From a virus (lineage: Duplodnaviria; Caudoviricetes), in the IMG/VR virus record IMGVR_UViG_3300032325_000423, positions 1-52,530 of that record: a stretch of DNA of 52,530 nt; one strand, written 5' to 3'. Shown here piece after piece: positions 1 to 9,695 of the stretch. The notes under the pieces are model-generated. The model was not told the origin of the DNA, did not search any database, and saw only the letters and a program-made list of their open reading frames with translations. Every line of letters starts with the position of its first letter. Within the stretch, counting starts at the first letter, position 1. Both the position numbers and the translations under genes were made by a program.

Positions 1-167
1 GTTCCGATAATTCTACTCTTAAACTTAGCCGATTTCCCCGGTGTTTCAATTAGTGCCAACTCAACTCCCTCTAATCTTGTAGGGAGTCGATAGGAGCGGG
101 TTTCGACCGTTTTCTGACCATTAATTAAAAGGGTAGACCACGGGGCTTGAATATTTAAACCAGTCAC
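1..167 (-). CDS. ASCH/PUA-like domain protein (3' end runs off window)
   Basis: Manual translation from GTG at 167: VTGLNIQAPWSTLLINGQKTVETRSYR..., containing the ASCH GxKxxExR motif; absent from the ORF track because truncated. Confidence 0.75.
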   Translation of the reverse strand, partial: MTGLNIQAPWSTLLINGQKTVETRSYRLPTRLEGVELALIETPGKSAKFKSRIIG

Positions 168-170
168 AAA

Positions 171-404
171 CTACGCCTCAAAAAGTTCAAAATTCACACT
201 ATAAAGTTTACCCTCTTTATTCTTGTATAACAACTGAGGGTTGTCCTTATCAGTATACAGCCAGACGAACGTATTGTCAATAGGTGGGTTTTTCCAATCT
301 TTGGGACTTGAGGCTGTTCTAGTTAGTCTTATCTTTAGTGATCGTATTCCACCACCAGAAATTATATCAAAACTTCCATCAAATCCAACTTCAATTGGTT
401 TCAT
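171..404 (-). CDS. hypothetical protein
   Basis: ORF track; overlaps neighbour in tightly packed operon. Confidence 0.6.
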   Translation of the reverse strand: MKPIEVGFDGSFDIISGGGIRSLKIRLTRTASSPKDWKNPPIDNTFVWLYTDKDNPQLLYKNKEGKLYSVNFELFEA

Positions 405-948
405 TAGATTTTGACTCCCATGAAGATATTATACTCCAAGTATTATTTGGTAATAGTCTATAGTGGGTATATTCTATATTGGTAATTTTTCCTAATTTCA
501 CTCTTATGTGAGCTAATCTAAAGTCCTCATAGGTTTCTGGTTTTTCTAAGGAACCAGTTTCGTAACCACCATATTCAATCCATGTTTGAGTAAAATCTTT
601 AACGTCAAGATTTAGTCTGCCCCTCATGACTGGCATAAAATAACCTTTACGACCAATTGGTTGAACTACATCTCCATACATAACCCATTGATCACAAAAT
701 TCAAAATATTCTATTTCTATTCTTTTTATTGGAACAACTTCTGTACGTCCCCAAGGATGAATACTCTCTACAGTACCAACAATATTGTCGATGATAATTT
801 TCTGTCTATCTATTGGCTTGTTTGATTTTAACTTTTCTATATTCTTTTTATGAATAGGATTAAGAACAAAAATAGAGAATAATAGCCCTATAACTATTCC
901 TAATACTATTATTGTTGTTGGTCTAATATCAAAATTAGTTTCGTTCAT
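391..948 (-). CDS. hypothetical membrane-anchored protein
   Basis: 185 aa ORF with N-terminal hydrophobic segment. Confidence 0.7.
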   Translation of the reverse strand: MNETNFDIRPTTIIVLGIVIGLLFSIFVLNPIHKKNIEKLKSNKPIDRQKIIIDNIVGTVESIHPWGRTEVVPIKRIEIEYFEFCDQWVMYGDVVQPIGRKGYFMPVMRGRLNLDVKDFTQTWIEYGGYETGSLEKPETYEDFRLAHIRVKLGKITNIEYTHYRLLPNNTWSIISSWESKSNETN

Positions 949-1168
949 AAAGAATCCTTAATATTTGTCTTGCCATATGAGATATTCCAGCCTCTAATCC
1001 TTCTGAGTATGAGAGTTTTTTACTACCATCAAGCACCTTCATAAAGTCTATAGTATCAAGATAAGGCCCGAATGGTTCAGCAGCCTCTTCTTTACATAAA
1101 TCTTCTATCTTTTCTATTTTACCAATAAGATAGAGTAATTGTTTTTGAAAATCTTTAGTCTCTGTCAT
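935..1168 (-). CDS. hypothetical protein
   Basis: ORF track, overlapping operon packing. Confidence 0.65.
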   Translation of the reverse strand: MTETKDFQKQLLYLIGKIEKIEDLCKEEAAEPFGPYLDTIDFMKVLDGSKKLSYSEGLEAGISHMARQILRILYERN

Positions 1169-1346
1169 TTTCCTTGTAGTAAATTACTACCTTGGTTCCA
1201 TAATCAGTAGTTATTTTAATCTTATAAGGATCATAAGGAACTTTTAAGTGATGACACAAATCCTCACCAGCTCTTAATACTTCTTTTAGTGTTGGAGATT
1301 GTAGATAAATATCATTATTTTTTGATATATCAAATTCATTTGTCAT
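1155..1346 (-). CDS. hypothetical protein
   Basis: ORF track, coupled start/stop. Confidence 0.6.
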   Translation of the reverse strand: MTNEFDISKNNDIYLQSPTLKEVLRAGEDLCHHLKVPYDPYKIKITTDYGTKVVIYYKENDRD

Positions 1347-1525
1347 TTAATGTTCTCTAAATTCTGTTTCAATCCGCAGGCCAGCCCAGCAATAAATCCA
1401 GTCTCAAAATAATATTTCTCATTAGCATCCCCTTCATGATCACCATCATCCCAAATTTCTTTAGCTAAAGCTTTAGCTTTCTCATACTGTTGTTTAATTT
1501 TATCCAAAGTTTCATGGCTATTCAT
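1343..1525 (-). CDS. hypothetical protein
   Basis: ORF track, coupled start/stop. Confidence 0.6.
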   Translation of the reverse strand: MNSHETLDKIKQQYEKAKALAKEIWDDGDHEGDANEKYYFETGFIAGLACGLKQNLENIK

Positions 1526-1724
1526 GAGTCACCACAATTTTTACACCATCAAATTCATGACGATCACAAGAATCATACATTCCACATGAATATGGTTTAT
1601 TGATAACAACAAAATCAAAATTAAAATCCCCGTCAAGCCTGTATTGTCTTGTTAAATGATCAAAAAGAATATCTTGAACATCTTTAACACTTAGGGTAAT
1701 CTCTTTCTTATTTTGGATTTCCAT
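1518..1724 (-). CDS. hypothetical protein
   Basis: ORF track, coupled start/stop. Confidence 0.6.
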   Translation of the reverse strand: MEIQNKKEITLSVKDVQDILFDHLTRQYRLDGDFNFDFVVINKPYSCGMYDSCDRHEFDGVKIVVTHE

Positions 1725-1999
1725 TAGTTATCCTTTATTCTTTCAAGTAGATTACGAAGAGTGTATATAGCATCCAAGTCCAGTCTCTTAACTATTGACA
1801 GTTCAATTGCTTCAATTTCTTTATCTGTTAGAGTTATCTGACGATAAACAGGAAAAGACGAATATGCCATATGATTATCATCAGTATTTGAGAAATCTCT
1901 AGCTATCTGAAGTGCTTCGTCCTCAGATTCAACACAAGCCCACACCTGACCGTTTTTATCGGAAACGTGCCATGCTACAGGTTCATTTTCTTTAGTCAT
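1724..1999 (-). CDS. hypothetical protein
   Basis: ORF track; start moved to MTKEN (ATGA overlap with upstream stop). Confidence 0.6.
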   Translation of the reverse strand: MTKENEPVAWHVSDKNGQVWACVESEDEALQIARDFSNTDDNHMAYSSFPVYRQITLTDKEIEAIELSIVKRLDLDAIYTLRNLLERIKDN

Positions 2000-2241
2000 T
2001 TCTTTTCCTCGTACATAAATTTCCATTCTGCCAAGTCTACGTCAACACCAGTGGCATCTTTAATTTTGTTTGCCATTTCTAGTGCGTTAGATGTTATTCT
2101 CATTACTGCATCACGACCAGCTTGGGCGCATAATCCCATTTCCAACATACTAGCATCATTCATAATATGCTGGATGATGTCTTTCCACTGATGTTTGGTA
2201 AGGGATAGTGTTACAGTAACTACTTCATTGTTATCGTTCAT
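1996..2241 (-). CDS. hypothetical protein
   Basis: ORF track. Confidence 0.6.
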   Translation of the reverse strand: MNDNNEVVTVTLSLTKHQWKDIIQHIMNDASMLEMGLCAQAGRDAVMRITSNALEMANKIKDATGVDVDLAEWKFMYEEKK

Positions 2242-2264
2242 TTTTCTTTGTTCTTTCTAAGAGA

Positions 2265-2447
2265 TTATGGAGCTTGGTAACGATAAAGTGAGACAACAAT
2301 TCCCTGATGTTCACTACTCTTTCTAGCTAAGTAAGCCTCTGCCTCAATTCGTGAACTAAAACAAAATTCTGAATCGCATTTAGATTCATTTTTCCATTGA
2401 ATTGCAAATATCTCAGCTTCTTCATCCGTTAGAATTATGGGTTTCAT
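2265..2447 (-). CDS. hypothetical protein
   Basis: ORF track. Confidence 0.55.
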   Translation of the reverse strand: MKPIILTDEEAEIFAIQWKNESKCDSEFCFSSRIEAEAYLARKSSEHQGIVVSLYRYQAP

Positions 2448-2632
2448 AATAGGTCATGTTCTTTAAGGGTTTGATATAGATTTTTTACTTCTTTTTCATC
2501 CAGACGTAGTTCGCTGGGATCAGTATTATTATAGCTAAAAACCCTGACCAAGTAAGGTTTGTTCTTTAAAAGTTCATTGTAATGAACCTCAATAAGATCA
2601 TAATCAAGGATTAGAGTTCTTAGTAGTGTCAT
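2444..2632 (-). CDS. hypothetical protein
   Basis: ORF track. Confidence 0.6.
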   Translation of the reverse strand: MTLLRTLILDYDLIEVHYNELLKNKPYLVRVFSYNNTDPSELRLDEKEVKNLYQTLKEHDLL

Positions 2633-2804
2633 TGGTTATCTCAATCCACTTTGGATAATCACCGTCCCATACATTAATATAGCATTTTGAATCTTTAGAA
2701 AAACTCATAGCAGTAGCACCCCAATTATCGCTAATCTTGAATATGCAAGCTATACAATATCCTTCTTTAAGATGTTCGCAGTTTCCTTTGTATGACATAC
2801 TCAT
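2604..2804 (-). CDS. hypothetical protein
   Basis: ORF track. Confidence 0.5.
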   Translation of the reverse strand: MSMSYKGNCEHLKEGYCIACIFKISDNWGATAMSFSKDSKCYINVWDGDYPKWIEITNDTTKNSNP

Positions 2805-2807
2805 TAT

Positions 2808-3002
2808 TCATATATCCATATCTAATAGGTCAGGATTAATAAGGTCAATCATATAGTCTTTCGCCGCATCAAGCATAATTTCATCACCCACATCAATTAG
2901 AAGATCACTAAGATCAGATATAATTAGATCAACCAGATTATGAACTGTCGTAAAATCATTACGATCAAGATTTTTCAGTTCTTTTTTGATATTAACTTGC
3001 AT
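2808..3002 (-). CDS. hypothetical acidic protein
   Basis: ORF track; start at MQVNI after GGGGAG RBS. Confidence 0.55.
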   Translation of the reverse strand: MQVNIKKELKNLDRNDFTTVHNLVDLIISDLSDLLIDVGDEIMLDAAKDYMIDLINPDLLDMDI

Positions 3003-3582
3003 TAAAATAACTCCCCATATCCATTCCACCAATCATAAATTCGTATACAAGCCATATATCCTAGTATACCAAACAATACAAGTCCAGCCATTATTTATTC
3101 TCCACATACCATTTCTCAACAAATACTACACTATCCAAATATCTCGTCAACTTCATAATATCTGCACGCTCAGGATCGCCCATCCTATCGCTTTTCTCAA
3201 GATTTTCCAAAGCCATAAATAGAATATTGATTTGTTTAGTTGTCAAATCCAAATTTAATCTAGTCATTAGTTATTCTCCACAGTTGTCCAATAAGTATAA
3301 ACCCGATTAGCTTCTTGATTACTATTAAATGACCACAATATTCTAAATTGATGAAGACTAACTTCCCTCACAATATCTTTCCCATCAACACTTTCATTAC
3401 CTTGAGGTTCTCCCAAAAGGTCTGTCCAAGTTTTTTGAATTACCATTATTTATTCTCCAAAACTTCTTTCAAAAGGTTAACAGCAGTCTCAAGCCACAAA
3501 TCATAATCAGCCATATTAAAATCACTCACAGTATTATCATAATCCACAATAAAGTTCCTGATATTACTTTTTAGTTTATCGC

Positions 3583-3813
3583 TCATGGGTTATCCTCCAC
3601 AAATTGGTTAAGAAAATTGGCTAATCCCCGAATTTCATCTCTAGTTAACTTCATCTTAGTCCATTCCCAACTGATAACATTATTGATCGTAAAGTTAAAC
3701 AATTCCCCCTTTGGATCTTCCTGCTTCCAACATTCCATATCGAAATTGAAAACATCAGCCTTATAACTATCTTTGATTACAATACTACTCATTTGATATT
3801 TTTCCTCATCCAT
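3583..3813 (-). CDS. hypothetical protein
   Basis: ORF track. Confidence 0.6.
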   Translation of the reverse strand: MDEEKYQMSSIVIKDSYKADVFNFDMECWKQEDPKGELFNFTINNVISWEWTKMKLTRDEIRGLANFLNQFVEDNP

Positions 3814-4007
3814 TCTCTGTTTTCACGAATATAGCTAATGACATCACTAGCCGCATTATTGATACTATTATCATATTCAAAATGGGACATTAGAATACGT
3901 TTGACCGCATACTTTTCATTCAGAGTTAATTCTTTACAATCTTCATCTGGCCCATATTCATTCTCGATATAGTTAGCAACAAGCGACATATATTCATTGA
4001 TTTTCAT
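3789..4007 (-). CDS. hypothetical protein
   Basis: ORF track. Confidence 0.6.
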   Translation of the reverse strand: MKINEYMSLVANYIENEYGPDEDCKELTLNEKYAVKRILMSHFEYDNSINNAASDVISYIRENREWMRKNIK

Positions 4008-4189
4008 TTCTGTTCCAGAAAGTTATTGATTAAATTAGCCAGTTTCCCCAAGTCTTCCTTATTAATAGTCATAGTGTATCGTTCACCAGAATAATTGGTA
4101 GTTCTAATCATATAGCACTTATTGGAGACACTAGGATTATAAAGCATCTCTACAACATCGTCATATAAAGTAACAGATTTTGATTTCAT
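4004..4189 (-). CDS. hypothetical protein
   Basis: ORF track. Confidence 0.6.
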   Translation of the reverse strand: MKSKSVTLYDDVVEMLYNPSVSNKCYMIRTTNYSGERYTMTINKEDLGKLANLINNFLEQK

Positions 4190-4212
4190 TTTGATTTGAT
4201 TTTGATTTGGGT

Positions 4213-4398
4213 TTATCGCCCACTAAAAGCTATTTGATTAGACCCTTTGCGGGTATTAATCCCACTAATATGACGTAGCATAATGTGAGCATTATTGATT
4301 TCAAAACCGGGTTTATCCTGTTTTTGGTCAATATAATACTGAATCATAGAGGCTAAAAGGTCTAGTTCAGAATTGGTCAATTGAATCTGCTTATACAT
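4213..4398 (-). CDS. hypothetical protein
   Basis: ORF track; downstream of promoter at 4456-4484. Confidence 0.6.
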   Translation of the reverse strand: MYKQIQLTNSELDLLASMIQYYIDQKQDKPGFEINNAHIMLRHISGINTRKGSNQIAFSGR

Positions 4399-4455
4399 CT
4401 CAAAACCCTAAATTTCCCCTGTATTATTACTTTTATTACCACTATCCATATTAGC

Positions 4456-4530
4456 AGTATACAACAAGGAACCATCTCTGTCAAGTATCGACATAGGGGG
4501 CTTGACAACTTTATTCCTTTCCTGTACAAT
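4456..4530. promoter_or_regulatory. divergent sigma70-type promoter pair
   Basis: Minus: TTGACA(4484-4479)-N17-TATACT(4461-4456); plus: TTGACA(4502-4507)-N17-TACAAT(4525-4530). Confidence 0.6.
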
Positions 4531-5159
4531 TAGCCTATTACAGCAAATTCCACCACGGGATAAGATAATAAGTGAATATTAATACTTTTAGCCGTTAAAT
4601 AGACGCTATTAGCTAAACAAAGTCCTACTTGGGCTGAATCTGGGATTGCTGAATGGTATATTGTTGACTATGAATAAGGTTGGGAAGATAATTTAACAAT
4701 AAAAACCTTGTGGTAATCATAGAAACTATAGTAACCAGCCCCATAAAAGCTAGATTCCTAATGAAAGGGATATGAAAATCGTCATTTTTTAAAATTCTAC
4801 TCATTATAGTCCTCATAGAGATATTCTTGTAAATATAGAAAAAGTCCAGTCCATGCAATGATGCAGGAGACGATGATAGTGTGACTATATTTAATTAGTG
4901 GATCATTCTCAATCATTAAAATTCCTAACTATTTGATAAAAGATGGCAGAAAGGATGAGTAGTCCTATGATGAAGATGAATATTCTGGTTATGTCATCAT
5001 GAATGAAGGTGGGACAGATTGGCCGACTAACTATGGAAATTATTTGAGTCATCGTCATCTTTCCTTGACAGATAGGAGACGAACCATAAGCTTGTAATAT
5101 ATACTATTGACTCTACCAGAATCAGAGCCATCAGAATGAATCCTAAGTTACTGAATATT

Positions 5160-5348
5160 TCATTCATAACCAAACGCTCTCTTAAACATTCCGAAAAAAT
5201 AATCGGCTTTTGTTAGAGGCTTAATTTCAAATTCTGGAAGTTTCTTTTCTTGCACAACCTCATCGGGCTTTTTAACTTCACAGACTTTTTTCTTACAGGC
5301 TTTCTTTGGTACTGACTTCTTTTTAGGACTAGATTTCTTTTTTGCCAT
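5160..5348 (-). CDS. Lys-rich basic small protein (histone H1-like composition)
   Basis: MAKKKSSPKKKSVPKKACKKK... Confidence 0.6.
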   Translation of the reverse strand: MAKKKSSPKKKSVPKKACKKKVCEVKKPDEVVQEKKLPEFEIKPLTKADYFFGMFKRAFGYE

Positions 5349-5361
5349 GGTATTAAATCTC

Positions 5362-5406
5362 GCTGACTATATCCATAAATTCCAAAACCGGAACTTTAGG
5401 TGAGAC
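5362..5406. repeat. 45-bp repeat family B, copy 1
   Basis: GCTGACTA-N12-CCAAAACCG-N5-TTAGGTGAGAC. Confidence 0.75.
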
Positions 5407-5460
5407 ATATAAGTTATATCTCAACAGTATTATAAAGCGGCCAGACTAGACCATCAAGAT

Positions 5461-5706
5461 TCATTCGGTCTTAAACTCTAGCTTGGGGATTAGACTATCG
5501 CTATCAGTGGATATTTTCTTAATATCAATAACTATAAGAGTATCTGATATGTCCTGACTATCCTGTTGATATTTTGTTATGGCCTGCTGAATTCTATGAC
5601 AAATATAGTTACAGTCCATCTGAGATTCTATCTTGATAGTTGTTATCATGCTAAATTTGCCTGACTGTATCCATAAATTCCGACCCTGCTTTATTAGCTG
5701 ATACAA
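5461..5706 (-). CDS. hypothetical protein (start uncertain)
   Basis: ORF track; 5' part overlaps repeat B copy 2, so true start is probably MITTIK. Confidence 0.5.
   Translation of the reverse strand: MYQLIKQGRNLWIQSGKFSMITTIKIESQMDCNYICHRIQQAITKYQQDSQDISDTLIVIDIKKISTDSDSLIPKLEFKTE
5660..5704. repeat. 45-bp repeat family B, copy 2 (degenerate)
   Basis: CCTGACTG-tatccataaatt-CCGACCCTG-N5-TTAGCTGATAC; shares its 12-nt spacer with copy 1. Confidence 0.6.
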
Positions 5707-5720
5707 TTCATGTTATTAAA

Positions 5721-5792
5721 AGCAAGAGAAGAGACTCGAACTCTCAACATTCAGGTTGGAAACCTAACGCTCTACCATTGAGCTACTCTTGC
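5721..5792 (-). tRNA. tRNA-Gly(TCC)
   Basis: Cloverleaf GCAAGAG...CTCTTGC, anticodon loop TT-TCC-AA, GTTCGAGTC T-arm. Confidence 0.9.
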
Positions 5793-5801
5793 CTGAAGAT
5801 A

Positions 5802-6149
5802 TTATCTCCAAGACCTTACTCTATACCACATACCATTACGACCTTGTGCTGACGCATCTCCTGTTAGTCTCATATTGTTACTTGGAGTACAAGTGTTACA
5901 ATTGGGACTAGAACCATAACCTACTCCTTCAAAATTACCAATAACACTCCACACATGACCAGTAATGTTATTAGCTGCCATATGATTAGCCTCTGCCTGA
6001 CAACGATCTTGATCACTACTTGAACTATAACTACTGGTATAACTTTGAGTCACTGTTTTTGGCTGACTATAATAATACCTTGGGCCTGCGGCCGATGCGG
6101 TAAAAGTAGTCACAAAAACTAGTGCAATTGCAATCATAAAATTTTTCAT
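5802..6149 (-). CDS. secreted Cys-containing protein, truncated CAP/SCP-like
   Basis: Signal peptide MKNFMIAIALVFVTTFTASA after AGGAGG RBS; QAEANHMA..H..EGVG..C motif. Confidence 0.6.
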   Translation of the reverse strand: MKNFMIAIALVFVTTFTASAAGPRYYYSQPKTVTQSYTSSYSSSSDQDRCQAEANHMAANNITGHVWSVIGNFEGVGYGSSPNCNTCTPSNNMRLTGDASAQGRNGMWYRVRSWR

Positions 6150-6182
6150 AAATTCCTCCTTGAATAAAGTTAATCCTATTTT

Positions 6183-6241
6183 AAGAAAAGACCCCCGAAA
6201 GTGTGCATTGCTAAGAGGCATCGGGGGGTTTATCTTTTCTT
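6183..6241. terminator. stem-loop flanked by A/T tracts (possible bidirectional terminator)
   Basis: AAGAAAAGACCCCCGA...TCGGGGGGTTTATCTTTTCTT inverted repeat. Confidence 0.5.
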
Positions 6242-6298
6242 TATGATCTATAATCTAACAAATCTTTCTTTGATCCTTTGGATTATCAACCACGAATA

Positions 6299-6514
6299 TT
6301 AACGAACAACGCTGCGAACGCGAGCCACAGTCCTGCGGCCAACATTACGAGTAGCCTCAACTGTTCGACGTGTTACTTGCACGGGGACAGAAACTACTTC
6401 CCTAGTTACATTGACAACTCTGCTTCTTAGGGTACAACTACCATTAGAACATTCACCAGCAAAAGCTGACGAACCAACAAACATAAGAGCAAATACAAGT
6501 GCAAACTTCATCAT
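6299..6514 (-). CDS. secreted small Arg/Val-rich protein
   Basis: Signal peptide MMKFALVFALMFVGSSAFA then GECSNGSC; AGGAGA RBS. Confidence 0.65.
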   Translation of the reverse strand: MMKFALVFALMFVGSSAFAGECSNGSCTLRSRVVNVTREVVSVPVQVTRRTVEATRNVGRRTVARVRSVVR

Positions 6515-6634
6515 AAACTTTCTCCTGTTAAAGTAGTGTCGCGTCCATGCGACTGTCATTTATTCTATAGTAAGCCTGCGAGATATGTGGTCAAGTTGCA
6601 GACCTCTATATTTTTTAACTGACCCACCATTCCG

Positions 6635-6679
6635 GCTGACTACTACCAACAAAACCAAATCCGGGAGATTAGCCGAGAC
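6635..6679. repeat. 45-bp repeat family B, copy 3
   Basis: GCTGACTA-N12-CCAAATCCG-N5-TTAGCCGAGAC. Confidence 0.8.
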
Positions 6680-6836
6680 TAACCTCACCGGATTAAGTTA
6701 ATACCAAATTACTATTATTTACTATTTAATAGTTGGAGGAGAACAGTTGCATGAGTAATAATATAATGATACTAATGCTAACAATGTTACTATAACTCCA
6801 ACACTCCAATAAACTATGGTATAATTCATAAAGCAC

Positions 6837-7088
6837 CTATTGGTTAATTGTGAAAGTTTCTGTATCTGCTTTGTCAGTCTTACTGATCTTATTCTTTCGC
6901 ACAATTTTAGTAATGCGCCCATGACTATTATCATGAGAGGATTCTAAGAAACACTTATCCTCATGATTGTCATGAAATCCTTTGAAATGCCATTCATAAC
7001 TCTTTAGAATACTTTCTGGAGTAGTAGAGCTATCATAAATTTCACCCTCTACTTCAAAAGAAATTATCCTGTGGAAAGTTTTAAGCAC
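6837..7088 (-). CDS. hypothetical protein
   Basis: ORF track. Confidence 0.6.
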   Translation of the reverse strand: MLKTFHRIISFEVEGEIYDSSTTPESILKSYEWHFKGFHDNHEDKCFLESSHDNSHGRITKIVRKNKISKTDKADTETFTINQ

Positions 7089-7338
7089 GATGATACCCTT
7101 CTTCCTCTATTAAGGTAGTTGGCCCATCTGAACTATCCCAATTATCTACTAAGACATCTGGAGCTTCTTTTCGTATCTCAGATTCCAAAGCATAATTAGA
7201 TTCTCTGTCTTTTTCCTTGCTCAAATAATCTCTTAAATAATCTTTGATCTGCATGAAATCCAATTCACCCAAGATCTGATCAATATACTTTCTTTGAATC
7301 TCAACTCGATTATTCGTGTCTATAAATCTACTTTTCAT
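7081..7338 (-). CDS. hypothetical protein (paralog of 9085-9291)
   Basis: GAGGTGA RBS; NR..I...Y....L..(L/M)DF...N..LE..I....PD.L pattern shared with 9085-9291. Confidence 0.65.
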   Translation of the reverse strand: MKSRFIDTNNRVEIQRKYIDQILGELDFMQIKDYLRDYLSKEKDRESNYALESEIRKEAPDVLVDNWDSSDGPTTLIEEEGYHRA

Positions 7339-7515
7339 AAATCACCTCATGGTTAAAAGTTAAAAACAACTCTTTGCCCATGATTCCAAAAATCCCGCAT
7401 CATATTACTATAACGCTTGATTATTGGCTCCGTTGACTATTTCATTATACCATAGTGGTTTGAGAAGCCAAACATTATTTCTTAAGTATCTTTTTACAAG
7501 GGGCCTCTTAATTAG

Positions 7516-7560
7516 GCTGACTACGACAACACAGACCAAATCCGTATTATTAGGTGAGAC
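7516..7560. repeat. 45-bp repeat family B, copy 4
   Basis: GCTGACTA-N12-CCAAATCCG-N5-TTAGGTGAGAC. Confidence 0.8.
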
Positions 7561-8086
7561 ATTCACCAAATAGTAACGAAAAAACTAGAGCAAATTTCTT
7601 TGCCCTAGCTTTATCTTTGATTTATATCATCACAAAATTGTGACTAAGCTATTGTTAAGCTTTAAGGAGATTTGTATCAGCGCAATTACTTTTTATTATC
7701 TAGTTATTCTTGATCGTCACAACAGATATAATTGTGATTCTTATTGAAGTCAGCAGCTAGTCCAACAATGATTCCGCAACCAAGAAAAAAAGCAATAATA
7801 AATCACCTCGTTAGGAACACAAAACCCAAAAACACCACACTCAGTCTATTCTAAGTGAGCCACGACCCCCACGCAAGGTCATGGTTTAGAGTGTTTTAGA
7901 AAATCAATTAAGCTACTTTCGGTACTTGACGACTCCCAGAATCTAGATTAGTATTGTACAGCTCCGGGGATGTTATATCTTACTAGGTAATGTTATTTAC
8001 TAGGTAGTGCTGTATTAGATATCTCTTATACATCACAAACAGGTAGCCTTGACAGTCCATAAGCTCCTCCGTAGTATAACTCACAC

Positions 8087-8269
8087 TCACTCAGGTTCAG
8101 AAACAAAAGTATCCACAATCTCACTGTCTATGATTCTAACATAGTTATCGGAATAAGAAAAATTATAATCCATGTTGTTGATAGCGTCTGTTATGCTATC
8201 GTTTGACAAATCATGTCCTTTGAGATATAATTTGACTATCACGTTAACACTTCTCACTGATTCTGTCAT
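8087..8269 (-). CDS. hypothetical protein
   Basis: AGGAGG RBS, ORF track. Confidence 0.65.
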   Translation of the reverse strand: MTESVRSVNVIVKLYLKGHDLSNDSITDAINNMDYNFSYSDNYVRIIDSEIVDTFVSEPE

Positions 8270-8335
8270 ATCGTCCTCCTATGCCCTCATTGTACCATAC
8301 CTATCGGTCGCCACAACGCTTTGAGATTAAAGATT

Positions 8336-8737
8336 TTACATCACCAACCTACGACCACTAAGTGCTTTAATAGTCGCCTTGGTACCAGGAACCAGATCAT
8401 ACCTTGTCGATTCCTTTAGGCTCACCCAAACATAACTATCATGCTCCCAGTTAAGAGATACAACAGGATTACTCAGAGAGATATGAAAAATAATCTTACT
8501 ATATTCTGAGCAGTACCTAATAGTAAGAGAAAACAACTCTTTGTTATCAGGAATAATGATATTAGTTTCTTCGGCCAATTCTCTAGATGCACATTCAATT
8601 AAACTCTCATTATCTTCTAATCTTCCTCCAGGCAAACAATATCGGCCGGGCATCCACGGAGCAGTAGGGCCACGTTCTAAGATGAGTATTTTTTTATCTT
8701 GATTAATAACAGCAACAGTAGCAGATTTTTGACCCAT
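8336..8737 (-). CDS. NUDIX hydrolase
   Basis: Nudix box GGRLEDNESLIECASRELAEET. Confidence 0.9.
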   Translation of the reverse strand: MGQKSATVAVINQDKKILILERGPTAPWMPGRYCLPGGRLEDNESLIECASRELAEETNIIIPDNKELFSLTIRYCSEYSKIIFHISLSNPVVSLNWEHDSYVWVSLKESTRYDLVPGTKATIKALSGRRLVM

Positions 8738-9084
8738 TGCTTTAATCTTCCTTTAGTACCTCTTTGAGTTTTTTAGTAACATTCTCAAAGATTTTATTAA
8801 CCGGCCCCGTTAGAGTATAATCTTTCTTATAAGCAACAAGAGCATCCATTAGTTTCCATGCTTCTTGCTTACTAATTTCTATCTGCATATGCTTTCAGTC
8901 CTCCATCTATAACAACATATAAAATTACCAGAATCGCGAGAATAGGCATAGGTTCTCCAGTATTAAGAATACCACAAAAGAAAAGTAGTCCATAAGAATA
9001 GTATAGTTATATACCAGAAATTTCTTGGAGCTTGTAAGAGTCTCATAATACATCCCCCTTAAGGATATATTACAATACACCACC

Positions 9085-9291
9085 CTAGTTGTCCAGAAGG
9101 TCAGGGTAGTAGTCAAGTATTTGATCTTCCAACATTTTATTGGTCAACCCACTCTTACTATCCTTCAACATATCAAAAGCAAAACAGTACAAGGTACTAA
9201 AGTCCATATCGTCCAATAGTCTGTTGCAATAGATATCAGTTATTTTCTCTCGATTTTTATCAGAAACAATAATCTTTTCCTTCTGCATCAC
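9085..9291 (-). CDS. hypothetical protein (paralog of 7081-7338)
   Basis: ORF track; similarity by eye. Confidence 0.65.
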   Translation of the reverse strand: MMQKEKIIVSDKNREKITDIYCNRLLDDMDFSTLYCFAFDMLKDSKSGLTNKMLEDQILDYYPDLLDN

Positions 9292-9495
9292 AAAGGGCTC
9301 CCAGTTTGGCCTGACTATGTTATAAAACTACTAATTACAACCATTCTTCTAACCTGAGGAATCATTCTAATAATCCATCAGAGTATTACTATGGTTGTTA
9401 CACTGTCTAGTATACCACATCGTAGCATGGGTTGCAAGTGGTTGAAACATAAGAACTTAGGAGCAGTGGTTCATGTTATTATAGTCACTATTCTC

Positions 9496-9540
9496 GCTGA
9501 CTATCAGCAACGTCAGCAAATCCGCAGGATTAGGCAAGAC
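9496..9540. repeat. 45-bp repeat family B, copy 5
   Basis: GCTGACTA-N12-GCAAATCCG-N5-TTAGGCAAGAC. Confidence 0.8.
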
Positions 9541-9595
9541 AAATGCGTGATTGAAAAATATACAACACATTATTATAATTCTATTACTATAGAAA

Positions 9596-9675
9596 CCTAA
9601 ACCCTTGCCACTACACACCTTACGCCTACATACAGTATATCGTCATCCTAACCCACTGGCAACAGAGAACTTACG
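9596..9675. repeat. two extra degenerate 29-bp family-A sites at left border
   Basis: CCTAAACCCTT-N7-CACACCTTACG (9596-9624) and CCTAACCCACT-N7-GAGAACTTACG (9647-9675); a further lone site at 9433-9461. Confidence 0.6.
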
Positions 9676-9695
9676 AGTTTCTTTGACTAATTTGA

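Noticed and set aside
4184-4210. Short (T)TTGAT tandem repeat
   Set aside because: Low-complexity microsatellite with no further support
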